Origin: Acaryochloris marina S15
GTDB taxonomy: Bacteria > Cyanobacteriota > Cyanobacteriia > Thermosynechococcales > Thermosynechococcaceae
Length of the DNA: 32,000 nt
Direction: 5' to 3'
NCBI RefSeq assembly: GCF_018336915.1
Contig: NZ_CP064923.1
Location: 4,470,001 to 4,502,000, forward strand
Of this stretch, positions 9,679-18,016 are shown piece after piece. Numbering within the stretch: the first letter of the stretch is position 1; every line of letters starts with the position of its first letter. The notes under the pieces are model-generated. The model was not told the origin of the DNA. It made no database searches and worked only from the letters and a program-made list of their open reading frames with translations. The position numbers and the translations under genes were made by a program.

Positions 9679-10016
9679 GTGCTTTGCAATCCATCATAGA
9701 AACATCTGAGTGAAAGTCAGTATCTAACCCTCCAACTTCTGTTGTTACTGATACAGGCTCATCGCCAGGTAAAACTCTCCATATTGGCCAGTGTCTTTCC
9801 TCAACCGATTCAATATCCCAGTCGAAAACGTAACTTGCAACGCTTTTTAGTATTGCCACAACTGAGCATCAAAGTTTTGTGGTTCCCCCTGATTAAATAT
9901 TGGATTCGACAAGAGCAAACAGGACGAGGATTAAATCGGGAGCATCGTCGTCGGCTGAAGAAATTCAAACATCGAAAATATGGCTATTGGATCATAGCGA
10001 TAGATAGAACCCAATG
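9679..10016 (+). pseudogene. IS4-family DDE transposase, N-terminal part (interrupted)
   Basis: Translation is ...KHLSESQYLTLQLLLLLIQAHRQVKLSILASVFPQPIQYPSRKRNLQRFL...YWIIAIDRTQW, which includes the first catalytic D (AIDRT). There is an in-frame TAG at 9697-9699 if the GTG at 9679 is the start. The frame is broken after 10016 by an IS insertion. Confidence 0.7.
10008..10016. repeat. 9-bp target-site duplication aacccaatg, left copy
   Basis: The identical 9-mer occurs at 12998-13006, immediately outside the two IS termini. Confidence 0.85.
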
Positions 10017-10174
10017 GGGCGTAAGCAAAGGATCGGGGATGCATGGCTCAAAGAAAAACGGGTCAAGGACAATAGATCCTGTACCCGAACCAAAAAACTA
10101 TCATGACCCTACCATCGCAATTGCTAACCGTGCTAGCCCATGACGAATTTCTAGAACAAACTGAAGCACTCAAA

Positions 10175-10183
10175 GTATCAACC
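10175..10183. repeat. 9-bp target-site duplication gtatcaacc, left copy
   Basis: Repeated at 11670-11678. The uninterrupted inner copy carries this 9-mer only once, at 10342-10350. Confidence 0.85.
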
Positions 10184-11669
10184 GGGCGTAAGCAAAGGAT
10201 CGGGGATGCATGGCTCAAAGAAAAACGGGTCAAGGACAATAGATCCTGTACCCGAACCAAAAAACTATCATGACCCTACCATCGCAATTGCTAACCGTGC
10301 TAGCCCATGACGAATTTCTAGAACAAACTGAAGCACTCAAAGTATCAACCAGCCTGAGTCAGATGGTTTATATCGTTCTGCAAATGGGCTTGTTTCTAGC
10401 TCGCTGTCTTCTGGAGGATGAACTCTCAAGGCGCGCGAAAGCAGTATTTGTATGGCCTGTATGTACTACCTGCGGAACCCGCTTACATTCGAAGGGATGG
10501 GAATCTCGTCAGATGCAGACACTGGTAGGCACTATCTCTTGAAAGCGACGGGTGGGCCGTTGTCCCAAAGGATGTCCAGGCAGTCTGTTGACTCCCCTGG
10601 ATCAAGCCATTGGGATTGCCCCCTATCAGCACAGCAGCGAAGAACTGGTGCGTCTGGGCTGCTTGTTGAGTCTGTTCATGCCCTATGAACTGGCCAGTTG
10701 GATGCTGGGTCAGTGGAGTGGTCTATCCGTGAGTCCATCCAGTTTGTGGAACTGGGTGCAATCCGTGGGTAACAAAGCTCAGCAGGAATTAGAAGCTCAA
10801 CTCAACGCTCAATCATCAGGGACTCAGGCCCCTTGTGAAGCGATTTCAGAGATGTTATCTGCTCTACCTTTGGCCATTGCCGCCGATGGTGTGATGGTCC
10901 CCTTTCGCCCCACCCCGAACTCACCCAAGGGAAAAATCCAGTGGCGAGAAGTCAAAGTCGCCATCTTAGCTCGCCTGGGAACACGGGTTACCCGAGCTAA
11001 AAAGGAGGTCCCCCAATTACTGCGTCGAAGACTGGTGGCAGTATTGGGCGATATCGACCAGTTCATCCCTTTACTTCAACTCGAAGCTCACAAACAAGAC
11101 TTTGAATCTGCTCCAAAAGTCATCTGGCTCAGTGATGGGGGACGAGGCTTCTGGCGAGTCTATCGCACCTTGTTCTCTCATTGTGCTGTGGCAGTCCTCG
11201 ACTTTTTTCATTCAGCAGGCCATCTGGCACGAGCAACTAAAGCGATGTTTGGAGATGCCCGCTCTGCTCAAGCCCAAGCCTGGTTCCGGCACTGGCGACA
11301 CCAATTGCGACACGGGCAACACCTACTTGTATTACGGTCCTTGACGATATTGATTCACTCACAACTGTTAACGGGAAAGTCTTTTTCAACGTTGCTCCAG
11401 GTGCAGGCTTATTTCCAACGCCATCATAACCACATCCGTTATCGGCACTTTGAACAGCAACAGATTCCTCTCGGGTCAGGAATGGTTGAAAGTGCATGCA
11501 AGTGGTTGATTCAGCAGCGCTTTAAGGGAGTTGGCATGCGCTGGAGTGAGGATGGTTTCAACCATTTACTGATCTTGAGAATTGCCTGGGTCAATGAACG
11601 GTTTGACTCCTTATTCCCAGAGGTGACCATTCCGAAAACTAAGGCATCCCCGATCCGCTAAATACGCCC
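10184..11669 (+). mobile_element. inner, structurally complete ISKra4-like IS copy (1486 bp)
   Basis: It has the same IR pair as the outer copy and is flanked by gtatcaacc on both sides. It is inserted after codon 27 of the outer copy's transposase. Confidence 0.85.
10270..11661 (+). pseudogene. ISKra4-like DDE transposase with one in-frame TGA (10540-10542)
   Basis: Track ORFs 10270-10542 and 10552-11661 are in the same frame: ...CTTCGTRLHSKGWESRQMQTLVGTIS*KRRVGRCPKGCPG... The Cys-rich N-terminus is followed by a DDE-type core (AADGVMVP, WLSDGGRGFW, GSGMVESACKWLIQQRFKGVGMRWS). The stop sits where a Trp (TGG) would fit. Confidence 0.7.
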
Positions 11670-11678
11670 GTATCAACC
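11670..11678. repeat. 9-bp target-site duplication gtatcaacc, right copy
   Basis: Immediately follows the inner copy's right terminus (...aatacgccc, ending at 11669). Confidence 0.85.
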
Positions 11679-12989
11679 AGCCTGAGTCAGATGGTTTATA
11701 TCGTTCTGCAAATGGGCTTGTTTCTAGCTCGCTGTCTTCTGGAGGATGAACTCTCAAGGCGCGCGAAAGCAGTATTTGTATGGCCTGTATGTACTACCTG
11801 CGGAACCCGCTTACATTCGAAGGGATGGGAATCTCGTCAGATGCAGACACTGGTAGGCACTATCTCTTGAAAGCGACGGGTGGGCCGTTGTCCCAAAGGA
11901 TGTCCAGGCAGTCTGTTGACTCCCCTGGATCAAGCCATTGGGATTGCCCCCTATCAGCACAGCAGCGAAGAACTGGTGCGTCTGGGCTGCTTGTTGAGTC
12001 TGTTCATGCCCTATGAACTGGCCAGTTGGATGCTGGGTCAGTGGAGTGGTCTATCCGTGAGTCCATCCAGTTTGTGGAACTGGGTGCAATCCGTGGGTAA
12101 CAAAGCTCAGCAGGAATTAGAAGCTCAACTCAACGCTCAATCATCAGGGACTCAGGCCCCTTGTGAAGCGATTTCAGAGATGTTATCTGCTCTACCTTTG
12201 GCCATTGCCGCCGATGGTGTGATGGTCCCCTTTCGCCCCACCCCGAACTCACCCAAGGGAAAAATCCAGTGGCGAGAAGTCAAAGTCGCCATCTTAGCTC
12301 GCCTGGGAACACGGGTTACCCGAGCTAAAAAGGAGGTCCCCCAATTACTGCGTCGAAGACTGGTGGCAGTATTGGGCGATATCGACCAGTTCATCCCTTT
12401 ACTTCAACTCGAAGCTCACAAACAAGACTTTGAATCTGCTCCAAAAGTCATCTGGCTCAGTGATGGGGGACGAGGCTTCTGGCGAGTCTATCGCACCTTG
12501 TTCTCTCATTGTGCTGTGGCAGTCCTCGACTTTTTTCATTCAGCAGGCCATCTGGCACGAGCAACTAAAGCGATGTTTGGAGATGCCCGCTCTGCTCAAG
12601 CCCAAGCCTGGTTCCGGCACTGGCGACACCAATTGCGACACGGGCAACACCTACTTGTATTACGGTCCTTGACGATATTGATTCACTCACAACTGTTAAC
12701 GGGAAAGTCTTTTTCAACGTTGCTCCAGGTGCAGGCTTATTTCCAACGCCATCATAACCACATCCGTTATCGGCACTTTGAACAGCAACAGATTCCTCTC
12801 GGGTCAGGAATGGTTGAAAGTGCATGCAAGTGGTTGATTCAGCAGCGCTTTAAGGGAGTTGGCATGCGCTGGAGTGAGGATGGTTTCAACCATTTACTGA
12901 TCTTGAGAATTGCCTGGGTCAATGAACGGTTTGACTCCTTATTCCCAGAGGTGACCATTCCGAAAACTAAGGCATCCCCGATCCGCTAA
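11679..12989 (+). pseudogene. outer-copy ISKra4-like transposase, 3' portion
   Basis: The first 27 codons lie at 10103-10183. The translated ORFs are identical to those of the inner copy at a +1328 offset. The same in-frame TGA is at 11868-11870. Confidence 0.75.
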
Positions 12990-12997
12990 ATACGCCC

Positions 12998-13006
12998 AAC
13001 CCAATG
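12998..13006. repeat. 9-bp target-site duplication aacccaatg, right copy
   Basis: Immediately follows the outer copy's right terminus (ends at 12997). Confidence 0.85.
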
Positions 13007-13856
13007 GAAAGGTCGCAATATATTCATGGTGAGTATCATTTGGGGAACCCATGCTCTTCCCCTGTATTGGGAAGTTTTAGAGCATGTGGGTAATAGTCAT
13101 CTAGCCACTCAACAACGGCTCTTAAAAACAGTGCTACATCTGTTTAAGAATTATCCGGTTCTTGTCCTGGGAGATCGAGAGTTCCATAGCCCTAAACTAG
13201 CTGACTGGCTTGAGTCTGAGGGTGTATCTTTTGCTTTAAGACAGAAGAAAGACGGTCATTTTCAAGAGGAAGTCCATCAAGAGTATCAGGTGCTCAAACA
13301 GCTGGGCTTTAAACCGGGAATGTCTAAATTCTATACAGGTGTTTTGTGCAACAAAGGAGATGGCTTAGGGCCATTTAATCTGGCTGTCTATTGGAAACGC
13401 AAATATAGAAATAAGGGGCCGAAAGAGCCTTGGTATATCTTGACCAATCTGCCGAGTCTCAAACAAGCACTGGACATTTATTCTTGTCGCTGGGGAATTG
13501 AACAACTTTTCAAGGATTGTAAGACAGGAGGTTATAACTTAGAAGATACGAAAGTGAATGACACCCGATTTCTGGCCTTAGTTTTGTTGATTGCCATGGC
13601 TTATACCTTAGCTACGCTGCATGGGCAATGGATGAAAAAATTAGGAGTGGATATTTATGCTGGACGAATTAAAGAGCATAAAGATACGACTCAACGGCAG
13701 AGTGAATTTAGTCTTGGATTATATGGGCAACGATGGATTTATGCCATGGAATTGTGGGCTGATTGGGTGCAAAGTCTGATTGCGCTTAAACCCCATAAAC
13801 GCCTCTATTTTCAGAGAGGGTTCTCTGCTCTATCCCTTATAAAACAGGCTTTGTAG
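13007..13856 (+). pseudogene. IS4-family DDE transposase, C-terminal part
   Basis: Joining 10016 to 13007 restores ...AIDRTQW|KGRNIFMVSIIWGTHALPLYWEVLEH... The second D is in VLGDREF. The IS4 signature Y-x2-R-x3-E-x6-K appears in YSCRWGIEQLFKDCK. Confidence 0.8.
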
Positions 13857-13875
13857 CTTCGTTGTCATCCGCTAA

Positions 13876-14031
13876 GGTCTCTACTCAAAGTATTATGCTG
13901 ATTTTCCCGCCTTCAAAGGGGCCATTCAACAGTGCCTTGACCAGTGCAATGGAGAGCACAAGGCGAAACTAACAAGCCTTCTATCACTCAAGTTTCAGTC
14001 CTTTAAAGAAGTTAATATCTTAGCCGTCTAG
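13876..14031 (+). pseudogene. possible C-terminal remnant of an IS630-like transposase
   Basis: The open frame reads GLYSKYYADFPAFKGAIQQCLDQCNGEHKAKLTSLLSLKFQSF... This resembles the ...N.YY..F.eF..a....l......L.sLlt.nFq tail I recall from IS630/DDE_3 transposases. It has no start codon and begins at the IS4-family element's right edge. Confidence 0.3.
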
Positions 14032-14208
14032 AGTATATTAGATTGGTTTTATTTACAAGAGAGATAATTCTCCAAGAGCATGACTAAATCACGCTCATAG
14101 TCTGAACTGAAATTTTACGTAGGAGCTATCTACTTTGGCTCATTATTAAGTACTAAAGTTGAGCTAAACAGTGTGATTTAAAGCTTTTTTTATCCAACAA
14201 TATTTCGT

Positions 14209-15252
14209 CTAATTCAAAGATCTTTTTACTAATATTGCCCCCAAAATTGCTCCAATAACGGGACCATTAAGCGCACGATTTACCAACATATATTGACTTG
14301 TAGTATTGTCAATCACTCCTATAAATAGACTCCAAAATATAATTGAAATAAAGAGAAATACAAAACAACGGCGATTTACACCAATAAGTACACCTGAAAT
14401 TGCTCCAGAAACAATACCAATATATACTCCCGCTGCTAGAGGATATATAACATCGATATTTAAATATTTTGTCACTGTTGCTCCATAAATAAAGCCTGCA
14501 AGACTGCCGACAATTGCACTATCTTGCCTTGTTCGCCAAGTTATTTTTTTAAGGTGATGATTTGAATATGGTGGATATTTTCTAGTATTTGAAAGATCAT
14601 TAGAAGGTTGTATTTTTTTGTCAATATTGTCAATTTCTTCGGCAATAACAGCACAAATATCTATTCTTTTCCTAAATTTTTCTAACAGGATATGTACATC
14701 CTTCTCAAGTTCGGGCTCATTCAAACTTCTTTTCAGATCGACAAGTATAGATTTTTGTTCATCATAACTTAGAATTGTTGCACCAATCTTTGTAGCAAGG
14801 TCTACGATGTAAGAGATTGGAACTTCTGGAGGTATAGGTAGGGGGTTAGTCAGAGGTTTAGAATCTGGAAGATTAGCAAGAGCTCTAGCTAAAGCTAAAG
14901 CAGCATTGTGATCTTTTTGTTGGTAGTCTATAGCTTGAATTTGCAATAAGGTAGTTGGCAAGAGATTAATGGAAACTCCATCAGCTGCGAGAATCGGTAA
15001 AATTGGCTTACCCAGTTGATTTGCATAGTCATACTCGCGTAAACAAGCAGTTGATTGTAGTGATTCTGGTGTTAGTACAAAAACAAATAAGTCACACGTC
15101 CTGATATTTAAGAGGATTTGATCCCACCAAACTTGGCCTCCACTCAATTCCTGATCAAACCAGATAGTGTGGCCGAGAGATTCAATAGCATCTGCTAAGT
15201 CTTTCACTATAGTCTTGCTTTTATGGTTATAGCTGATGAATGTTATTGTCAT
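14209..15252 (-). CDS. TIR-domain protein with C-terminal multi-pass glycine-zipper membrane domain
   Basis: The N-terminus ITFISYNHKS...GHTIWFDQELSGGQVWWDQI...CDLFVFVLTPESLQSTACLREYDYA...GKPILPIL shows a TIR_2-like pattern. The conserved Glu is present (E73, codon 15034-15036). A helical linker follows, then 3-4 TM segments (aa about 245-345) rich in GxxxG/A. The gene is visibly AT-rich compared with the core genes. Confidence 0.8.
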   Translation of the reverse strand: MTITFISYNHKSKTIVKDLADAIESLGHTIWFDQELSGGQVWWDQILLNIRTCDLFVFVLTPESLQSTACLREYDYANQLGKPILPILAADGVSINLLPTTLLQIQAIDYQQKDHNAALALARALANLPDSKPLTNPLPIPPEVPISYIVDLATKIGATILSYDEQKSILVDLKRSLNEPELEKDVHILLEKFRKRIDICAVIAEEIDNIDKKIQPSNDLSNTRKYPPYSNHHLKKITWRTRQDSAIVGSLAGFIYGATVTKYLNIDVIYPLAAGVYIGIVSGAISGVLIGVNRRCFVFLFISIIFWSLFIGVIDNTTSQYMLVNRALNGPVIGAILGAILVKRSLN

Positions 15253-15273
15253 AACTCTTCTAAATACTCAGTC

Positions 15274-15296
15274 TTTATAGAATTTGTTTCTATAAA
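15274..15296. promoter_or_regulatory. 9-bp inverted repeat upstream of the TIR gene
   Basis: tttatagaa (15274-15282) and ttctataaa (15288-15296) are exact reverse complements with a 5-nt spacer. They lie 22-44 nt upstream of the ATG at 15252. This could be an operator or a 5'-UTR hairpin; function is not established. Confidence 0.25.
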
Positions 15297-15498
15297 TTCT
15301 AGGTTATTCAATTATTTTCACCTATATTAGACTTCTTGAAATATTCAGTTTACGATATGCTATCGATTTAATTCATGAGCCAACTTTGCATGCTGATTGC
15401 CTGACAGAAGTAGGTCAAAGCCTTTATTTACATAGTTTATGAGAAAAGAGTGGAGAGACATGTGAGGCTAGATTTAATCACAAATCAGCGTTATTCAA

Positions 15499-16134
15499 AT
15501 GTCAGGCCCCACCCAAATTTATCGTCAACTGTTTTCCTTTTTACGTCAACACAGCCATTATCGAGATTTGCGCCATCTCATTGCCCTGGGCTGGATGGTA
15601 AGCGCCTTAATCTGTAGTGAACGCTTAAGCTTATCTGCCTGGGAATCCTATGTTCCCTGCCGAGCCAGAAAAGCCCAAAGTGTCGAGCGTCGGTGGCAAC
15701 GATTTATAGCCAATCAACGCATTGATATTAACAAGCTATATGTACCTCTAGTCCTGCTAGCCCTTAAGAACTGGCAATCTCATCGTCTATACCTGGCAAT
15801 GGATACAACGGTGTTATGGAATGAATATTGCATGATTCATCTATCCGTCGTCTGCTGTGGCAGAGCAGTACCGTTGTTGTGGAAAGTATTAGAGCACAAG
15901 AGTGCAGCTGTCGCTTTTGAGGAATATCAACCGCTATTGCGCCAGGCCCGTTGGTTATTGCGGCAGCATCCAGATGTCATGGTGTTAGCAGATCGTGGGT
16001 TTGCGAACCATCAACTGATGAGCTGGTTACAACAGAGCCATTGGCATTACTGTCTGCGTGTCCCTTGTGATGTGGCTCTTCTCTGGCAACCGAGACAGAT
16101 CACAGTGGATTCCATTACAGCAGTGTTTAGATAG
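15499..16134 (+). pseudogene. truncated IS4/IS701-like DDE transposase, N-terminal about 200 aa only
   Basis: Shows ...RDLRHLIALGWMV...SVERRWQRFIAN...RLYLAMDTTVLW...GRAVPLLWKVLEHKSA...VMVLADRGFANHQLMSWL..., so the first two catalytic Asp regions are present. The YREK/E-containing C-terminal half is missing. Confidence 0.7.
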
Positions 16135-16198
16135 AACTGAAGTCGTCATCTGAATAAACTTCGCCGATAATGAATTCAAGTGAGTAAGGGTTATCCCC

Positions 16199-17455
16199 AT
16201 GCAGCGATTTAAAGTGCTTTTGCCTGCCTTGACTGTAGGAACTGCTTTGGTAATGGTGCAACCAGCCCAAGCGCTATCTGGAACAGAGGTGAATCAAATT
16301 GCCAAAGAGTCCACCATTTTGGTGAAAGGCCAAAATCCTGGTTCAGGAGTGTTGGTGGGGAAAAAGGAAAATACTTACTATGCCCTCACGGCAGAACATG
16401 TGGTTGCCACGCCTGACGAGTACGACATCGTGGCCCCAGATGGGACAGAATATGCCTTGAATTATCAATCGGTACAGAAGCTGCCGAATGTAGATTTAGC
16501 ACTGGTGAGTTTTACGAGTAAGCAGTCTTACTCCTTGGCAAAACTCGGCAACTCTGATCAGTTAACAGAAGGTGATAAGGTCTTTATTTCAGGTTGGCCT
16601 GCATCGGGTAGTGCCTTGCCCCATATCTATCAATTCACATCTGGCGAAATTTCCGGCCTGCCGCCCCAATCCATCGGCAAGGGTTACAAGATGGTGTATA
16701 CCAACGTCACCCGAGCAGGGATGAGTGGCGGACCTGTCTTTAATGATGATGGCAAAGTGGTGGGCATTCATGGCTTAGCCGAAGGGAGAGAGGTGGTCTT
16801 GCCGGGTTATCAAGGCGACCGCAGCGTGATTAAAGCTGGGTTCAATTTGGGAATACCCATCAATACCTTTGTACGACTATCCAAGAAGATGGAGGCTAAG
16901 CCCCAGGAGACTCCACAACCCATTCCAGCACCCATTCAAGAATCAACAGCGGTAGCGCAAGTGATCGATGCACCTGCTCTCCCAGCCCTCCCCAGAGGCC
17001 CAAAGGTTACTTTTGATCGCCCCCCTCAGCTTGTCAGCACTTCTACAACAAATCGAGATGCTCGATCTCTAGGAGCCACTTACTTCTTTACGATTGATAT
17101 TCCGCCAGATGCCGCTCAACCGTTGCAAAAGGTGGAGTTTATTTTGAAGCAAGGGGTTCAATATCCCCGTTTTAAGGCAACTTCTGTGAAAGCATTTGAG
17201 GGGACAAAGCGGAATAAGGGTGAGGCATTGCCGATAAATATCGTGGTCAGTGATCCATCCATTCGGACGTTAACAGTCACGTTTGATAGACCTATTGCTC
17301 CAGGCCAGACAATTACGATGGCTGTTCGCCCAGTGCGGAATCCTTCGGTGGGAACCTATATGTTTGAAGTGCGAGGGACACCTGCTGGATCTACTGAAAG
17401 CCAGTATTTAGGTATTGGTCGTCTCGATTTTTCCCGCAGTTCACTGGGGAAATAA
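16199..17455 (+). CDS. secreted trypsin-like (S1) serine protease fused to a DUF2808-like C-terminal domain
   Basis: Signal peptide (...VMVQPAQALSG). Catalytic triad context: LTAEHVV (His), NVDLALV (Asp), TRAGMSGGPVF (Ser). A Pro-rich linker is followed by a C-terminal domain (FDRPPQLV...YFFTIDIPPDA...VTFDRPIAPGQTITMAVRPVRNPSVGTYMFEV) that matches my memory of cyanobacterial DUF2808. Confidence 0.8.
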   Translation: MQRFKVLLPALTVGTALVMVQPAQALSGTEVNQIAKESTILVKGQNPGSGVLVGKKENTYYALTAEHVVATPDEYDIVAPDGTEYALNYQSVQKLPNVDLALVSFTSKQSYSLAKLGNSDQLTEGDKVFISGWPASGSALPHIYQFTSGEISGLPPQSIGKGYKMVYTNVTRAGMSGGPVFNDDGKVVGIHGLAEGREVVLPGYQGDRSVIKAGFNLGIPINTFVRLSKKMEAKPQETPQPIPAPIQESTAVAQVIDAPALPALPRGPKVTFDRPPQLVSTSTTNRDARSLGATYFFTIDIPPDAAQPLQKVEFILKQGVQYPRFKATSVKAFEGTKRNKGEALPINIVVSDPSIRTLTVTFDRPIAPGQTITMAVRPVRNPSVGTYMFEVRGTPAGSTESQYLGIGRLDFSRSSLGK

Positions 17456-17513
17456 ATCGTGTCTAACACAAAGAGTTGCAATGTTAAGGCCATGAATAAT
17501 CGTGGCAGAATGC

Positions 17514-17557
17514 CTGAATAGTGATTAACCTTTACAAATTAGTTAATCACTATTCAG
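17514..17557. repeat. perfect 16-bp inverted repeat with 12-nt spacer
   Basis: ctgaatagtgattaac (17514-17529) is the exact reverse complement of gttaatcactattcag (17542-17557). It lies between the protease gene and the IS6-like fragment. Confidence 0.7.
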
Positions 17558-17624
17558 ACAGAAGTATGGCATCTAGTTATCAGTACATGAACCAGCGGGA
17601 GCATTTAAACAGAAAGTTACAGTT

Positions 17625-17810
17625 TTATCTGAAATTTTTTACTGGTATGACGTCCAGATCGGATTTATTGAATTCGGGGTAATTGAAGGGAGTGTCTGTA
17701 CGCCCATTGTAAGTTCGATGGCATCGCTTACAGCAGAACATGGCATAACCGAAATTGGTTGTACGCTGAAGAAATGAGACTCGATTTGAATGGCAGTGAG
17801 GATAATTCAT
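17625..17810 (-). pseudogene. IS6-family transposase, N-terminal zinc-finger fragment
   Basis: MNYPHCHSNRVSFLQRTTNFGYAMFCCKRCHRTYNGRTDTPFNY... matches the CxxC...CxxC...ERTGTPFN N-terminus I recall for cyanobacterial IS6 transposases. The DDE domain is absent, and degenerate traces may continue to about 17560. Confidence 0.55.
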
Positions 17811-18016
17811 GAAAGGAAGGCAGAGTATAGCTTAGAAAAAATAATCGGCTTGTCAGGCGAGCGATGATTCCTCAATTTTTGCTACTCAAGGCTAACGGTT
17901 TCCCATATCTAGGGCTACCACGCAAATTTCCGGAGAGCCAATTCTTTGAAGATATTGAACCTGCTATGGTCTAAGCTTTTCCCTATGACACTCAAATACC
18001 TCATGAATAATCCAAA

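Larger units (their letters stand above)
10017..12997 (+). mobile_element. outer ISKra4-like IS copy, split by the inner copy (10017-10183 plus 11670-12997)
   Basis: The termini gggcgtaagcaaaggatcggggatgc (10017-) and the reverse complement of 12972-12997, gggcgtatttagcggatcggggatgc, match at 21 of 26 positions. Removing 10184-11678 restores a 1486-bp element colinear with the inner copy. A GGG end, 9-bp duplication and about 1.5 kb length fit my recollection of the ISKra4 group. Confidence 0.8.
9640..13875 (+). mobile_element. IS4-family element inactivated by nested insertions; outer ends approximate
   Basis: The transposase reading frame runs 9679-10016 and resumes at 13007-13856. I could not identify the terminal IRs by eye, so the boundaries are estimates. 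Confidence 0.5.

Noticed and set aside
10017-10350. Apparent 167-bp tandem repeat, plus the 1.3-kb direct repeat at 10351-11669 / 11679-12997.
   Set aside because: This is not a satellite or a segmental duplication. It is fully explained by one IS copy inserted into another, with 9-bp target duplications.
10452-12825. 78-86-aa ORFs duplicated in both ISKra4-like copies (10452-10688, 11102-11344, 11237-11497 and their +1328 counterparts).
   Set aside because: They are off-frame or antisense to the transposase frame. They are duplicated only because the whole IS is duplicated.
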